Below are positions 20,311-30,400 of a DNA stretch of 64,000 nucleotides, piece by piece; the first letter of the stretch is position 1; each line of letters opens with the position of its first letter. Made by a program: the position numbers and the translations under genes. The stretch is from positions 1 to 64,000 of the forward strand of contig JBIOXB010000014.1 of the NCBI GenBank assembly GCA_044869275.1. Reading direction: 5' to 3'. Source of the stretch: a bacterium (GTDB lineage: Bacteria > Zhuqueibacterota > Zhuqueibacteria > Zhuqueibacterales > Zhuqueibacteraceae). The notes under the pieces were generated by a model. That model saw nothing but the letters and a program-made list of their open reading frames with translations, did not search any database and had not been told where the DNA came from.

Positions 20311-21315
20311 TTACAGCGCCCGTCCGTAATGATTCTTATAATATTCGAGGTATTCTCCGCTCTTCAGCTTTTCCCACCACCAGCGGTTTTCCATGTACCA
20401 GTCGATCGTGCGCGCCAGCGCCTGCTCCAGCAAGTGCTTGGGCTGCCAGCCCAGCGCCGCGATTTTGCCGGAATCCAGAGAATAACGGCGGTCGTGACCC
20501 AGGCGGTCTTTGACAAAAGTTTTGAGGCTCTGCGGCTTCTTCAAATAAGAAAGAATGAAGTCCGTGATGTGGAGATTGGCGCGCTCGCTGCCGCCGGCAA
20601 TGTTGTAGACTTCCCCATCCTGGCCGTGCTGCAGCAGGAACAAAATCGCATCGCAATGATCATCGACGTGAATCCAATCACGCACATTTTTACCGTCGCC
20701 GTAGATCGGGAGCGCATGATTCTCAAGCGCATTGGTCACGAACAAGGGAATGAGTTTTTCCGGATACTGATAAGGGCCGAAATTGTTGGAACAGCGCGTG
20801 ATGATCACCGGTACGCCGTAGGTGACGAAATATGAAAACGCCAGCCGGTCGGCACCCGCCTTGGAAGCGGAATAGGGGCTGGAGGGCATGAGCGTATCGG
20901 TTTCTTTGAAGCCGCGGCCTTCGGTGCTGCCATAGACTTCATCGGTCGAAACTTGAATGAACTTTTTTACGCCATGGCGGCGCGCCGCCTCCAGCAATAC
21001 AAAGACGCCGAAAATGTCCGTGCGAATGAATGCATCCGGGCCGCTGATGGAACGATCCACGTGGCTCTCCGCGGCAAAATTAACCACGACGTCGATGCCC
21101 GGCATCAGCTCGTCCACTAAAGCGGCGTCGCAAATATCGCCTTTGACGAAACGATAATTTGCATGGCCTTTCAAATCGCGCAGGTTTTCCAGATTCCCCG
21201 CATAGGTGAGTTTATCGAGATTGGTGACGCTGGTGTCGTCACGTTGGCGCAACAGATAGCGGATGAAATTACTACCAATGAATCCAGCTCCTCCGGTGAC
21301 CAAAAATTTTTGCAT
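20311..21315 (-). CDS. rfbB: dTDP-glucose 4,6-dehydratase
   Basis: TGGAGFIGSNF, DKLTYAGN, AAESHVDRSI, STDEVYG, YSASKA, DRLGHDRRY. Confidence 0.96.
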   Translation of the reverse strand: MQKFLVTGGAGFIGSNFIRYLLRQRDDTSVTNLDKLTYAGNLENLRDLKGHANYRFVKGDICDAALVDELMPGIDVVVNFAAESHVDRSISGPDAFIRTDIFGVFVLLEAARRHGVKKFIQVSTDEVYGSTEGRGFKETDTLMPSSPYSASKAGADRLAFSYFVTYGVPVIITRCSNNFGPYQYPEKLIPLFVTNALENHALPIYGDGKNVRDWIHVDDHCDAILFLLQHGQDGEVYNIAGGSERANLHITDFILSYLKKPQSLKTFVKDRLGHDRRYSLDSGKIAALGWQPKHLLEQALARTIDWYMENRWWWEKLKSGEYLEYYKNHYGRAL

Positions 21316-21383
21316 CTGAATATCCTTCTAGAATGTCGCCCAAGATGTTGATCATTCGATGCGAACACCGAATCAAAGGCGCC

Positions 21384-21412
21384 AATTTATACATTCAGAA
21401 ACTCAAAGTCAA
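21384..21412 (-). promoter_or_regulatory. Probable sigma70-type promoter for the rfbB-wbpA-wcaJ operon
   Basis: Minus strand TTGACT-N17-TAAATT (overlapping TGTATAAAT). Confidence 0.45.
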
Positions 21413-21474
21413 TAACTGCATGGCCGGGATTTCGCGGAGTAATTTAAGTTGTGAAAATACTGTAACCTCTTAAT

Positions 21475-23163
21475 TTAACTCTGCCGCCACGGTGCGCGCA
21501 AAACCTTGCCGGCAAGCTTGCCGGTAAATTTCTCCCGATCGATCACCATCTCGCCATTGACCACGACAAATTCGACACCGGTGGGATATTGCTGCGGTTC
21601 GGCCCAGGTGGCGCGATCATTTACCGTCTCCGGGTTGAAAACGGCAAGATCAGCACTATAACCCGGGCGAAGATGGCCGCGGTCGGGCAGGCCCAGCGCC
21701 TCCGCCGGCAACGCGGTAACCTTTCGAATCGCTTCCGGCAAACTCAGCAATTGCTCGGCGCGCACGTATTTGCCCAGGAGCCGCGGAAACGTTCCAAAGG
21801 AGCGGGGATGAGGCTTGCCGCGGCGCAACCGGCCCTCCACCGCCTGCGCCGAGCCGTCGCTGGCGATCATGCAGTCGGGATAAGATAAAACCTGGGCAGC
21901 TTCCTCCTCGTTCATCGCAAAGCCCACCATGCTGCCGCCGCCCTCCTCGGTGACGATCAGCTCGACGAGCTTGAGGTAGGCATTTTCCTCGTTGGCAATC
22001 TGCAGCATGTTCTTGCCTTCATAAAGCTGGCGCTCCGGATTTTTCGCCAAGCTCGACACCATCACCGCAGCCCAACCGCCGATTTTCTCAACGTCTTTCA
22101 GCACGGCGGTTTTAAGCGAATCTTGCCCGTCGGGGTCTTGCAAGCGCGCCACGAATTTTTCGCTGCCGCCCTCGCGGCTCCATAGAGGAAAAAGATTGGC
22201 AAGGTCGGTGCTGTAGGCAATGTAAGGATAGCGATCACAGGTCACCTGCATGCCCGTGGCGCGTGCCTCGTCGAGCTGCTTGAGCAGCGCGGACAGTTTA
22301 TGCCAGTTACGCTGGCCCGAGGCTTTGAGGTGCGAAACATGCAACGCCACGCTGGCGCCGCGCGCGATGCGAATCGCTTCTGCCAGCGCTTCGAGCACGG
22401 TATCATCTTCATTCCGCATATGGGTGGAATAAATGCCACGGCCGTTCATTGCCCGGCATATTTCGATAATCTCATTTTCATCGGCAAAACTGCCGGGCGT
22501 GTATTCCAGACCGGAAGAGATGCCATACGCGCCTTGGGCAAAAGCCTCGCGCGCGAGCGCTTGCATGCTGGAGATTTCTTCCACCGTTGCGGGGCGATTC
22601 TCGAGGCCGACGGCACAATGGCGCAATGCACCCTGCCCGACCATGCTCAACGCGTTGCCAACCAAGCCGCCTTTTTCCAACTGCTGGAAATAGCCGGCGA
22701 AATCTCTCCAATTCACTTCGAGCTGGAACCGTTCGCGCAAATCTTGTTGCAATTCCTCGCGCCTCGCGTCATGCAACGGCGCCATGGAATCGCCGTCCTG
22801 CCCCAGCACCTCGGTGGTAACGCCCTGGCGGATTTTAGACTGTGCCTCGCCGCCGAGCAGGAGCTCTTCATCGCTGTGCGAATGAAAATCGATGAAGCCC
22901 GGCGCCACGGCGAGGCCGTGGGCGTCAATCTTGCGCGCCGCAGGCCGATCTCTTATGTTTCCAATCTCGGCGATCTTGCCAGCTTTCGTGCCAATGTCGG
23001 CGGCAGCACCGGCCTGGCCGCTGCCATCGTAGAGCGTGCCGCCAACAATGATCAGATCAAAAGCTCGTGGGGATTGGCAGGCCAGATTCCAGAACGCCGA
23101 ACCGGCGAGCGCGGTGGCCGCGCTGGTTTTCATAAAATCGCGGCGCGTACAGGATTTAGTCAC
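21475..23163 (-). CDS. N-acyl-D-amino-acid deacylase (D-aminoacylase family amidohydrolase), Tat-exported, probably a lipoprotein
   Basis: APGFIDFHSHSD, SSGLEYTPG, HMRNE, SHLK, PHPRSFGTFPR; GTG start with GGAG RBS; TRRDFMK Tat motif and LAC lipobox. Confidence 0.88.
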   Translation of the reverse strand: MTKSCTRRDFMKTSAATALAGSAFWNLACQSPRAFDLIIVGGTLYDGSGQAGAAADIGTKAGKIAEIGNIRDRPAARKIDAHGLAVAPGFIDFHSHSDEELLLGGEAQSKIRQGVTTEVLGQDGDSMAPLHDARREELQQDLRERFQLEVNWRDFAGYFQQLEKGGLVGNALSMVGQGALRHCAVGLENRPATVEEISSMQALAREAFAQGAYGISSGLEYTPGSFADENEIIEICRAMNGRGIYSTHMRNEDDTVLEALAEAIRIARGASVALHVSHLKASGQRNWHKLSALLKQLDEARATGMQVTCDRYPYIAYSTDLANLFPLWSREGGSEKFVARLQDPDGQDSLKTAVLKDVEKIGGWAAVMVSSLAKNPERQLYEGKNMLQIANEENAYLKLVELIVTEEGGGSMVGFAMNEEEAAQVLSYPDCMIASDGSAQAVEGRLRRGKPHPRSFGTFPRLLGKYVRAEQLLSLPEAIRKVTALPAEALGLPDRGHLRPGYSADLAVFNPETVNDRATWAEPQQYPTGVEFVVVNGEMVIDREKFTGKLAGKVLRAPWRQS

Positions 23164-23267
23164 GAAATCACTCCACTGAAATAAAACTTGAGAATAAATG
23201 CCATAACGCCTATTTTGCGCTGTCGCCACAAAAGGTCTTGTTTCATCCTCCACTTCCGGACGGTGTT

Positions 23268-24980
23268 ATGCGCTGCAAAAAATGCCAGGCCGAAAACCCC
23301 ACGCGCTTTCAGCACTGTGGCGAATGCGGCGCGCCGCTGTATCTCGCGGTGCTGAAAGAGATCAATGAAAAACCCGAGATCGTGGCGCACTACGTTTTCG
23401 CCTCCGGCGCGACCCTCGGCCGGCACTACGACAACTCCATCGTTTTGCTCGATCCTTCGCTGTCACGCTATCACGCCCGCATCGATTATCAGGATGGACG
23501 CTTTTTCATCCAGGATTTGAGCAGCAGCAACGGCGTGCTGGTCAACGACGTCAAAGTCACACGGCGCGAGATCAAAGACTACGACCGCCTCGCGCTGGGC
23601 AAGATCATGCTGCTGTTTCGCACCTCCAGCCTGCTGGAGTTTGAAAAAGAGCGGATGCTGCCCACGCAGGATCGCTTTCTCGCGGCGATACAAAACATCA
23701 ATCAAAACGCCAAAAGCGCGGCGCTCTCCAATCGCGTGCTCGAAATCGCCGCGGAATTCGCGATTACGCTCACGCGCGCTGAGCGCGCCATCATCTTCTT
23801 GTATGACGAAAACCTCAAGCTGCGCCCCGCGGTCTGCCACAACCTCGCGCCCAAGGAACTGGCGCATGACGAATTCGAAGTGAGCCTGTCCGCGATAGCC
23901 GAAGCCGAAAGCAACGGCGAAATGCTCATGCGCGAGCAATTGCTCGACGATCCGCGCTTCGACGCGCAGCAAAGCATTCAGGCCCTGCGCTTAAACACCA
24001 TCATTTGCCTGCCCTTGAAATCGCCGCACGTGGTCGATATTTCCACGACGCAGGACGCGGGCACGGAACGGCTGTATGCCAAGGGCGTGCTCTTCGGCAT
24101 GCTCTATCTCGACAGCCGCCGGCCGTTGAAAGGCCTGCCACAGCATCGCCAAACCATGCTGCAGGTGCTCGCGGATCAAACTTCGCTCGCCATCGAAAAC
24201 GCGATTCTGCAGCGCGAGATGGAGGAGAAAAAAAATCTCAAACAGCAAATGCGCGCGGCCAAAGCCTTGCAGCAGCGCCTGTTTCCGGCGGCGAGCTTTG
24301 CGCACGAAAAATTCGAGATGGCGAATCACTATGCCCCCGCGCAGCAAATCGGCGGCGATTATCTCGCCTTTTTGCCGCTGGGCGATTCCCGTTTTGCGAT
24401 CGCCATCGGCGACGTGGTCGGCAAGGGCTTGCCGGCGGGATTGGTGGTGATGACGCTGCACGGCGGCTTGTACGCCGAAATCGCACATCAAGACGACGCG
24501 CTCGCCTTGCTGCGCAATCTTGACCGTCTGGTTTATGAATACGCCGAGGGCAAGGTCTTTGTGACATTCTTCCTGGGCATACTTGACGTGGAAAAAATGA
24601 CGCTGACCTATGCCAGTGCGGGACACAACCCTCCGCTTGTATATCGCGCCACGAAGCAAGAATGGCATGAATTGCGCGCCGCCGGAATCCCCTTGGGGCT
24701 CGATCCGGAAACGGAGCGCGGCAAGGGGACGATTCAACTGCAGGCAGGCGACGTGCTGACTTTTTACACCGACGGCATCACCGAAGCGCGCAACGCTCAC
24801 AACAAACAGTTTGGGGTGGAGGGCCTAAAAAAAGTGGTCAGTCATTGGCAGGCCGCGCAAAAGCGCGAAACGCAAACGCTGGGCGCGCTGATCAATGCCC
24901 TGCTTGAGCGCGTGCGTAATTTCGCAAAGCACCACACCTTGGAAGACGACACCACCATCATGGTGGTGGCGATCAAATAG
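23268..24980 (+). CDS. Zinc-ribbon/FHA/GAF/SpoIIE(PP2C) serine phosphatase, RsbU-like
   Basis: CKKC..CGEC; FHA GR..S..H..SSNG; GAF ICLPL..GMLYLDS; PP2C GGDY, GDVVGKG, YTDGITEA, EDDTT. Confidence 0.9.
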   Translation: MRCKKCQAENPTRFQHCGECGAPLYLAVLKEINEKPEIVAHYVFASGATLGRHYDNSIVLLDPSLSRYHARIDYQDGRFFIQDLSSSNGVLVNDVKVTRREIKDYDRLALGKIMLLFRTSSLLEFEKERMLPTQDRFLAAIQNINQNAKSAALSNRVLEIAAEFAITLTRAERAIIFLYDENLKLRPAVCHNLAPKELAHDEFEVSLSAIAEAESNGEMLMREQLLDDPRFDAQQSIQALRLNTIICLPLKSPHVVDISTTQDAGTERLYAKGVLFGMLYLDSRRPLKGLPQHRQTMLQVLADQTSLAIENAILQREMEEKKNLKQQMRAAKALQQRLFPAASFAHEKFEMANHYAPAQQIGGDYLAFLPLGDSRFAIAIGDVVGKGLPAGLVVMTLHGGLYAEIAHQDDALALLRNLDRLVYEYAEGKVFVTFFLGILDVEKMTLTYASAGHNPPLVYRATKQEWHELRAAGIPLGLDPETERGKGTIQLQAGDVLTFYTDGITEARNAHNKQFGVEGLKKVVSHWQAAQKRETQTLGALINALLERVRNFAKHHTLEDDTTIMVVAIK

Positions 24981-25189
24981 AAAAGTCCTGACATGATTCA
25001 GGGCTGGTATTTTTTAGCCCAAATGCGCGGTTCATTTTTCATACCCCTCCATCCTGCCATTCCGAAATCCCGAAGCGCCAGAGATTTCTCATAAGCAGTT
25101 TTTTATAGTCTTTTGACCACGGATGCCACGGATTAGGCGGATTTTAGTTCTGATCGACACGTCTCGCAGCAGCGTCACGCTCGACTCAT

Positions 25190-26443
25190 TCACATATTGC
25201 CGATGATCGCCTGGGCAAACTCCGAGCATTTGACTTCCTTCGCCCCCTCCATCAAGCGCGCAAAGTCATAGGTCACGATCTTCTGCTGAATCGTCTTCTC
25301 CAGGGCTTGGACAATCAAATTCGCCGCCTCGGTCCATCCCATGTAATTGAACATCATCGCTCCGGAAAGAATCACCGAGCCGGGATTGACTTTGTCGAGG
25401 CCGGCATACTTCGGCGCGGTGCCGTGCGTGGCTTCGAAAATGGCATGGCCCGTGCCGTAATTAATGTTCGCGCCAGGGGCGATGCCGATGCCGCCCACTT
25501 GCGCGGCAAGCGCGTCGGAGATGTAATCGCCGTTCAAATTCAAAGTGGCGATCACGTCATATTCTTCCGGGCGCGTGAGAATTTGCTGCAAGAAGGCGTC
25601 GGCAATCGCGTCTTTGATCAGAAGCTTTCCTGCCGGTGGCTTGCCGCCGCAGTCCTCCCATGGCACCACGCGATCGGCAAACTCCTGGCGCGCCAATGCG
25701 TAGCCCCAATCGCGAAAGCCGCCTTCGGTGAATTTCATGATGTTGCCCTTGTGCACCAGCGTGACCGACCGGCGCTTGTTCGCCAGGGCGTACTGGATCG
25801 CCGCGCGCACCAGCCGTTTGGAACCTTCCTCGGAAACCGGCTTGATGCCGACGCTCGAGGTTTCCGGAAAACGGATTTTCTTCACCTTCATTTCGGTTTG
25901 CAGCCAGTGCACGACTTTCTTCGCCTCCTCCGTGCCGGCGCGGAATTCAATGCCCGCATAAATGTCCTCCGTGTTCTCGCGAAAGATCACCATGTCAACT
26001 TTTTCCGGATGCTTCACCGGCGAGGGCACGCCCGGGAAATAACGCACCGGCCGCAAGCACACGTAGAGATCGAGCGTCTGCCGCAGCGCGACATTCAAAC
26101 TGCGAATGCCTTCGCCCACCGGCGTGGTCAGCGGGCCTTTGATGGCAACGCGATACGCCTTGACCGCCTCCAGCGTTTCCTCCGGCAGCCACATATTGGG
26201 CCCGTACACGGCCACGGCTTTTTCGCCGGCATACACTTCCATCCAATGCACACGCCGGCGTTGAGCGTACGCGCGTGCCACCGCGGCGTCCATCACCACT
26301 TGTGACGCGCGCCAGATATCGGGGCCGGTGCCGTCGCCTTCGATAAATGGAAGAATCGGATGGTCAGGAACTTGGAGCTGGTTGCCGCTGAATTGCATGA
26401 GCTGGCCACCGGCGGGAACTTTCACGTGGGAAGCATTCGCCAT
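25190..26443 (-). CDS. icd: Isocitrate dehydrogenase (NADP-dependent)
   Basis: [64 protein letters not shown]. Confidence 0.98.
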   Translation of the reverse strand: MANASHVKVPAGGQLMQFSGNQLQVPDHPILPFIEGDGTGPDIWRASQVVMDAAVARAYAQRRRVHWMEVYAGEKAVAVYGPNMWLPEETLEAVKAYRVAIKGPLTTPVGEGIRSLNVALRQTLDLYVCLRPVRYFPGVPSPVKHPEKVDMVIFRENTEDIYAGIEFRAGTEEAKKVVHWLQTEMKVKKIRFPETSSVGIKPVSEEGSKRLVRAAIQYALANKRRSVTLVHKGNIMKFTEGGFRDWGYALARQEFADRVVPWEDCGGKPPAGKLLIKDAIADAFLQQILTRPEEYDVIATLNLNGDYISDALAAQVGGIGIAPGANINYGTGHAIFEATHGTAPKYAGLDKVNPGSVILSGAMMFNYMGWTEAANLIVQALEKTIQQKIVTYDFARLMEGAKEVKCSEFAQAIIGNM

Positions 26444-26468
26444 AATCCTCTCCTCGCGCTTTAACGCA

Positions 26469-26493
26469 GAAACCCCGAAAGCATCGGGGTTTC
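26469..26493 (-). terminator. Stem-loop between the STAS-HTH gene and icd
   Basis: Perfect 10-bp stem GAAACCCCGA/TCGGGGTTTC; only a weak U-tract. Confidence 0.4.
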
Positions 26494-26541
26494 ATCGGTC
26501 GTGGGTTGAATATCTTTGAAGGTAAGAATGTTTTCTTGCGA

Positions 26542-27222
26542 CTACATACGCTGCTTATAGAACTCGATGCGCTTGTCTTTGGAATCCAGGCCCAATTCCT
26601 TGAGCCGGCGGCGCACATCGAACCAGCCCATGCGATAGTTGCCGTAACGCGGCGTGGCCAGGAGCTGCTTGATCTTGAAGGTGCCGGCCTCGGGATTCTC
26701 GGCAACGATCGTGCGGATGTAATCCTCGAGGCCTTGTGCGGTTTTGTTTTTCGTGCCCGATACTTGTTCGGCCACGGCGGCGCGCGTGGCAGTCTTCACC
26801 ATAACGCCGTCGTCGCTGGCGGCTGCAGACGGTTTTCCGCTCGCGGGTTTCCGAGGCAGGCTGCTGCCCCTGTCGAAATCTTGCAGCGCCTCCTCGATCG
26901 TGTCGAAAGCCTTCAAGATGTAATGGAATTCGAGCAATTCGAAGACTTCATAAACATCCGGGATCATGCGCACCAGCTTGAGGTCGCCGCCTTTTTCGCG
27001 AATACCTTTGATCTCGCTGATGAAAATACCCCATCCCGCGCTGCTGATATAATCAACGTTGCCGAGGTCGATGATAATGTCGTACGTGCCCGCTTTCAAA
27101 AGCCCGTCCAGCGCATGCTCCAATTCAGCAGACGTGGTCGTGTCGATATAACCGCCTACTTTGATGATGGCGATATGGTGATTGACACCGGCTCTTTCCA
27201 CGGACACTTGAATACCTTCCAT
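26542..27222 (-). CDS. STAS anti-sigma antagonist fused via a linker to an HTH-like C-terminal domain
   Basis: GYIDTTT, IIDLGNVDYISSAGWG STAS motifs; low-complexity linker; C-term NPEAGTFKIKQLL...L.ELGLDS..KR; AGGAG RBS. Confidence 0.88.
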   Translation of the reverse strand: MEGIQVSVERAGVNHHIAIIKVGGYIDTTTSAELEHALDGLLKAGTYDIIIDLGNVDYISSAGWGIFISEIKGIREKGGDLKLVRMIPDVYEVFELLEFHYILKAFDTIEEALQDFDRGSSLPRKPASGKPSAAASDDGVMVKTATRAAVAEQVSGTKNKTAQGLEDYIRTIVAENPEAGTFKIKQLLATPRYGNYRMGWFDVRRRLKELGLDSKDKRIEFYKQRM

Positions 27223-27266
27223 GGTTCACTCCTGAGGCATACAAATTATATTTTGAACCATTGCGC

Positions 27267-27295
27267 AATATAAAGGAATGGTCACCAAAAGTCAA
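27267..27295 (-). promoter_or_regulatory. Sigma70-type promoter for the STAS-HTH gene
   Basis: Minus strand TTGACT-N17-TATATT, about 45 nt upstream of ATG 27222. Confidence 0.6.
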
Positions 27296-27432
27296 CACTG
27301 AATTAAGGTAAAAATGGCTTTGCGCACTAACAGAAAGAATACCCACCGACGGGCGGAATTGCGCAACGCCCGGGGGTTAAGTTTTCCCAAAAGCGCTCTT
27401 CCAGGAAACTGGCGCCCGAGCTGGCCGAATGG

Positions 27433-30400
27433 CTACGCCGTGACGGCGCGCTTCATCATCATGCGGCCGGCCAGCTCGATTTTCCGGCGAATATCGTCGC
27501 GGCTGGAGTCGATTTCCAGCACGCGCTGCCATTCTTTCATGGCCTCCATATATTCCCCACGATTGGCGTAAATGACCCCGATGTTCTCGTAGGCGGTGGT
27601 GTCGGAGGCGTCCAATTGTTTGACGCGCTGGTAGGCGCGCGCCGCCTCCTCGTACATGCGGTTGCGAAAATAGGCATTTCCCAAAATGCTATGCGCCTCC
27701 TTGAAATTGGGAAACAGCACGATGGCGCGCTCGAATTCGCGGATCGCTTCTTCAAACTGCTGCGCCCGGTAAAATCGCAAGCCCGCGATCAGCAATTGTT
27801 CGCGCTCGTCTTCGCTCGGTTCCGTGTGTCCCTGCTCTTTCGGTGGCAAAATCATGGCGGTGGTGTGCAGGCTTTGCGGCACGTCTGTGGTTGCTTCCTT
27901 GCCGTTGCCATTGAAATCGGGCGATCCGGCTGCCGGTCGCGCCAATTCCTCGCCGGCAAACGTTTCGCCCACCGCGGCCGCGGCCGTCAAATCCGGATCC
28001 TCTTCCAGCGGAACCGCAAGATTCTCAGTTCCCGCGTAGGTCATGAGTTCATCCAACTCCACAAAAGGCAATCCCACCTCGCCCTCGTGTTGTCTGCGAT
28101 CTTCCGGAGCTCCCTCGGCCTCCTCCGCTGTTTTGGAATCGGCGCCGGTCAAGTGCTCGCGCTCCAAGGTCTGATCCTCCCGCACCGGCAGCGCCTCGCC
28201 GGGGAGTGCACCGCTAAAAGAAAAATCGATTTCGCGGCGCAACAAATCATCCACCGCCGAAAAATCCTCGTCGCTTTTATGCCGCTCTTCGCCGCCCTGA
28301 AAAACTGAGAGCGCGCTCCCTTCTTCCTTTTGCAGTTCTGCAATCGACGCTGATGCCGGCGGCGAAGATTCGGCTGCGGGTGTTTCCGGATTCGCACTGG
28401 GGCGCTGCCCGTGAAACTCTTCCAACATCGTTCCCCCCGCAAACAAGTCTTCAAAACTGATCCCCACGGTATCCGTGTGAGAGACCGGGCGCACGACAGG
28501 TGGATTGCCGGCGCTGCGAATCTTCTCTTTGTCCAAAACTCGGGACGGCCCTTGCTCACGTGGCGGCGGGGACGCCGGTGTGTCAGGTGGAAGGGCTTCC
28601 TCACTTGCCAGCAATTCCTCGATCGGCGTAAACAGAGAAACGGTTTCAACCTCCGGCGTCGTTTCTTTCTTTTTGTGAACGACACGCGCTTCCGGAGCCT
28701 CACGCGCCGCCGGTGGCGCGGGGGGCGCTGCCGGCCTTTCTTTGCTCTCTTTTTTTGCCGGGGGAATGGCAGGCGGAGCCGGCGGCGGCATGGGCCGCGG
28801 CGGTTTTGCCGCGGACTCGAAGGCTCTCGAACGGTCCAAAATGACTTCACCGGACAGCGTGAGCAAGGGTGTGCCGGGCGGTTTCATCGGGCGCTTGGTG
28901 CGGCCACCGCGCGCGACAAAGCCTTCGCGCAATTGCCGGGTGTTCAGCCGGTTGCGCACCAACTCGTCGTAGATTTTGTTTTCCGGAATGAGAGTAGAGC
29001 CGTAAGCTTCGGTATTGAGCTCTTCACTGATGCGCTTCGCGCCGTATTCGGGATGGTTCTTGATGATGTCGAAAATCTTGACTTTGTCCTCGATCGCGAT
29101 GTGCTTGGCCTCCACCTCGATCTCCGCATCGACCTCGACGCTCTCCACGCCTCTTTCTTCGAATTCCTTTTTGTACTTGTTGTAATAAGCGTAGGTCGTG
29201 ATGCCCACCAACTCGCAGGCTTCGCGGATGCTTTTGCCTCCGACAATGAATTGGTGCGCCTGTTTCGCGCGCTGCAACTCCACCTTTTCGGGCGAGGTTT
29301 TTTCTTTGATGGCAACGAGTGTGATGTCGTCGGATTGCATTTCGCCGGCGGTGAACGAGAGAATCTCGTCTTTGATCTTCTCCACAAACGGCTTCACGCG
29401 CAGAACGCCGTTCTCGCGGATAATCTTCAGCAGGCGCTCTTCGCCGAACAGGTCGCGCTGCGCGTTCATCGCTTCGGTAATGCCGTCCGTATAAATGAAA
29501 AGAATGTCATCCTCCGCCAGCTGAATGGTGTCGCTTTCGATCGATTTACGGAACAATTCGTCGTCGGGCAGGCGAATGCCGACGGGAAACCCGCGCGGAT
29601 TCAGGTAATAAGTCTTCTTCGAGCTCGGGCGATAGAGAATCATGGGGTTGTGGCCGGCGCTGGCATAATTCAGGCGGCGGCGCTTGCTGTCGATGATGAC
29701 GTAAAAAAGGGTGACGAACATGCCCCTTTTCATGTCATCGATGACGGTCTTGTTCACGCGCGCCAGCACTTCCGCGGCGTCTTTCACGCCCCGTGCTTCG
29801 GTGCGCAGCGCCTGGCGTATCATGGTCATCACCAAACTGCCGGGTACGCCTTTGCCGGAAACGTCTGCGACCACCACGCCGAGCGTGTCTTTGTCCACTT
29901 CCACGAAATCATAATAATCGCCGCCGACTTCGCGCGCCGCCTCATAATGGCTCGCGAGCTCGTAGCCGTCCAATTCCGGAAACTCACGCGGCAGCAGGGT
30001 TTGCTGAATCTCCTGCGCCACCTGCATTTCCTTTTGCAGGCGCTCCTGGTCGGCCAGGCTTTTTTGTGATTCGCGGAACTTGCTGGTGATCTCGGAAAAC
30101 GCCTGGGCGATTTCGCCGATTTCGGTGGAGGAGTCGATGTCCATCTCGTCGCCCATTTCGCCGTGGTCGGCGAGGCGCACCCATTCGGCCAGGCGATGCA
30201 ACGGCGTCATCAGGATATAAACCAAAGCGAACGCGCCGACGCAGCCCAACAAAATCACCGAGGCCGCCACGCGTGCGTATTCCCAGCGCACCGCGGCGAT
30301 GCGGTCATCCACATAAGCCTTGTAGGCGCGGATGTGCAGCGTGCGCTCTTCCGGCGGATCGCCGCGCGTTTGCAGCTTGGTGATCACGTCGTAAACTTCG

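Noticed and set aside
28905..29280. Possible IS481 insertion or pseudogene
   Set aside because: No DDE catalytic domain, inverted repeats or frame disruption; treated as a domesticated domain instead
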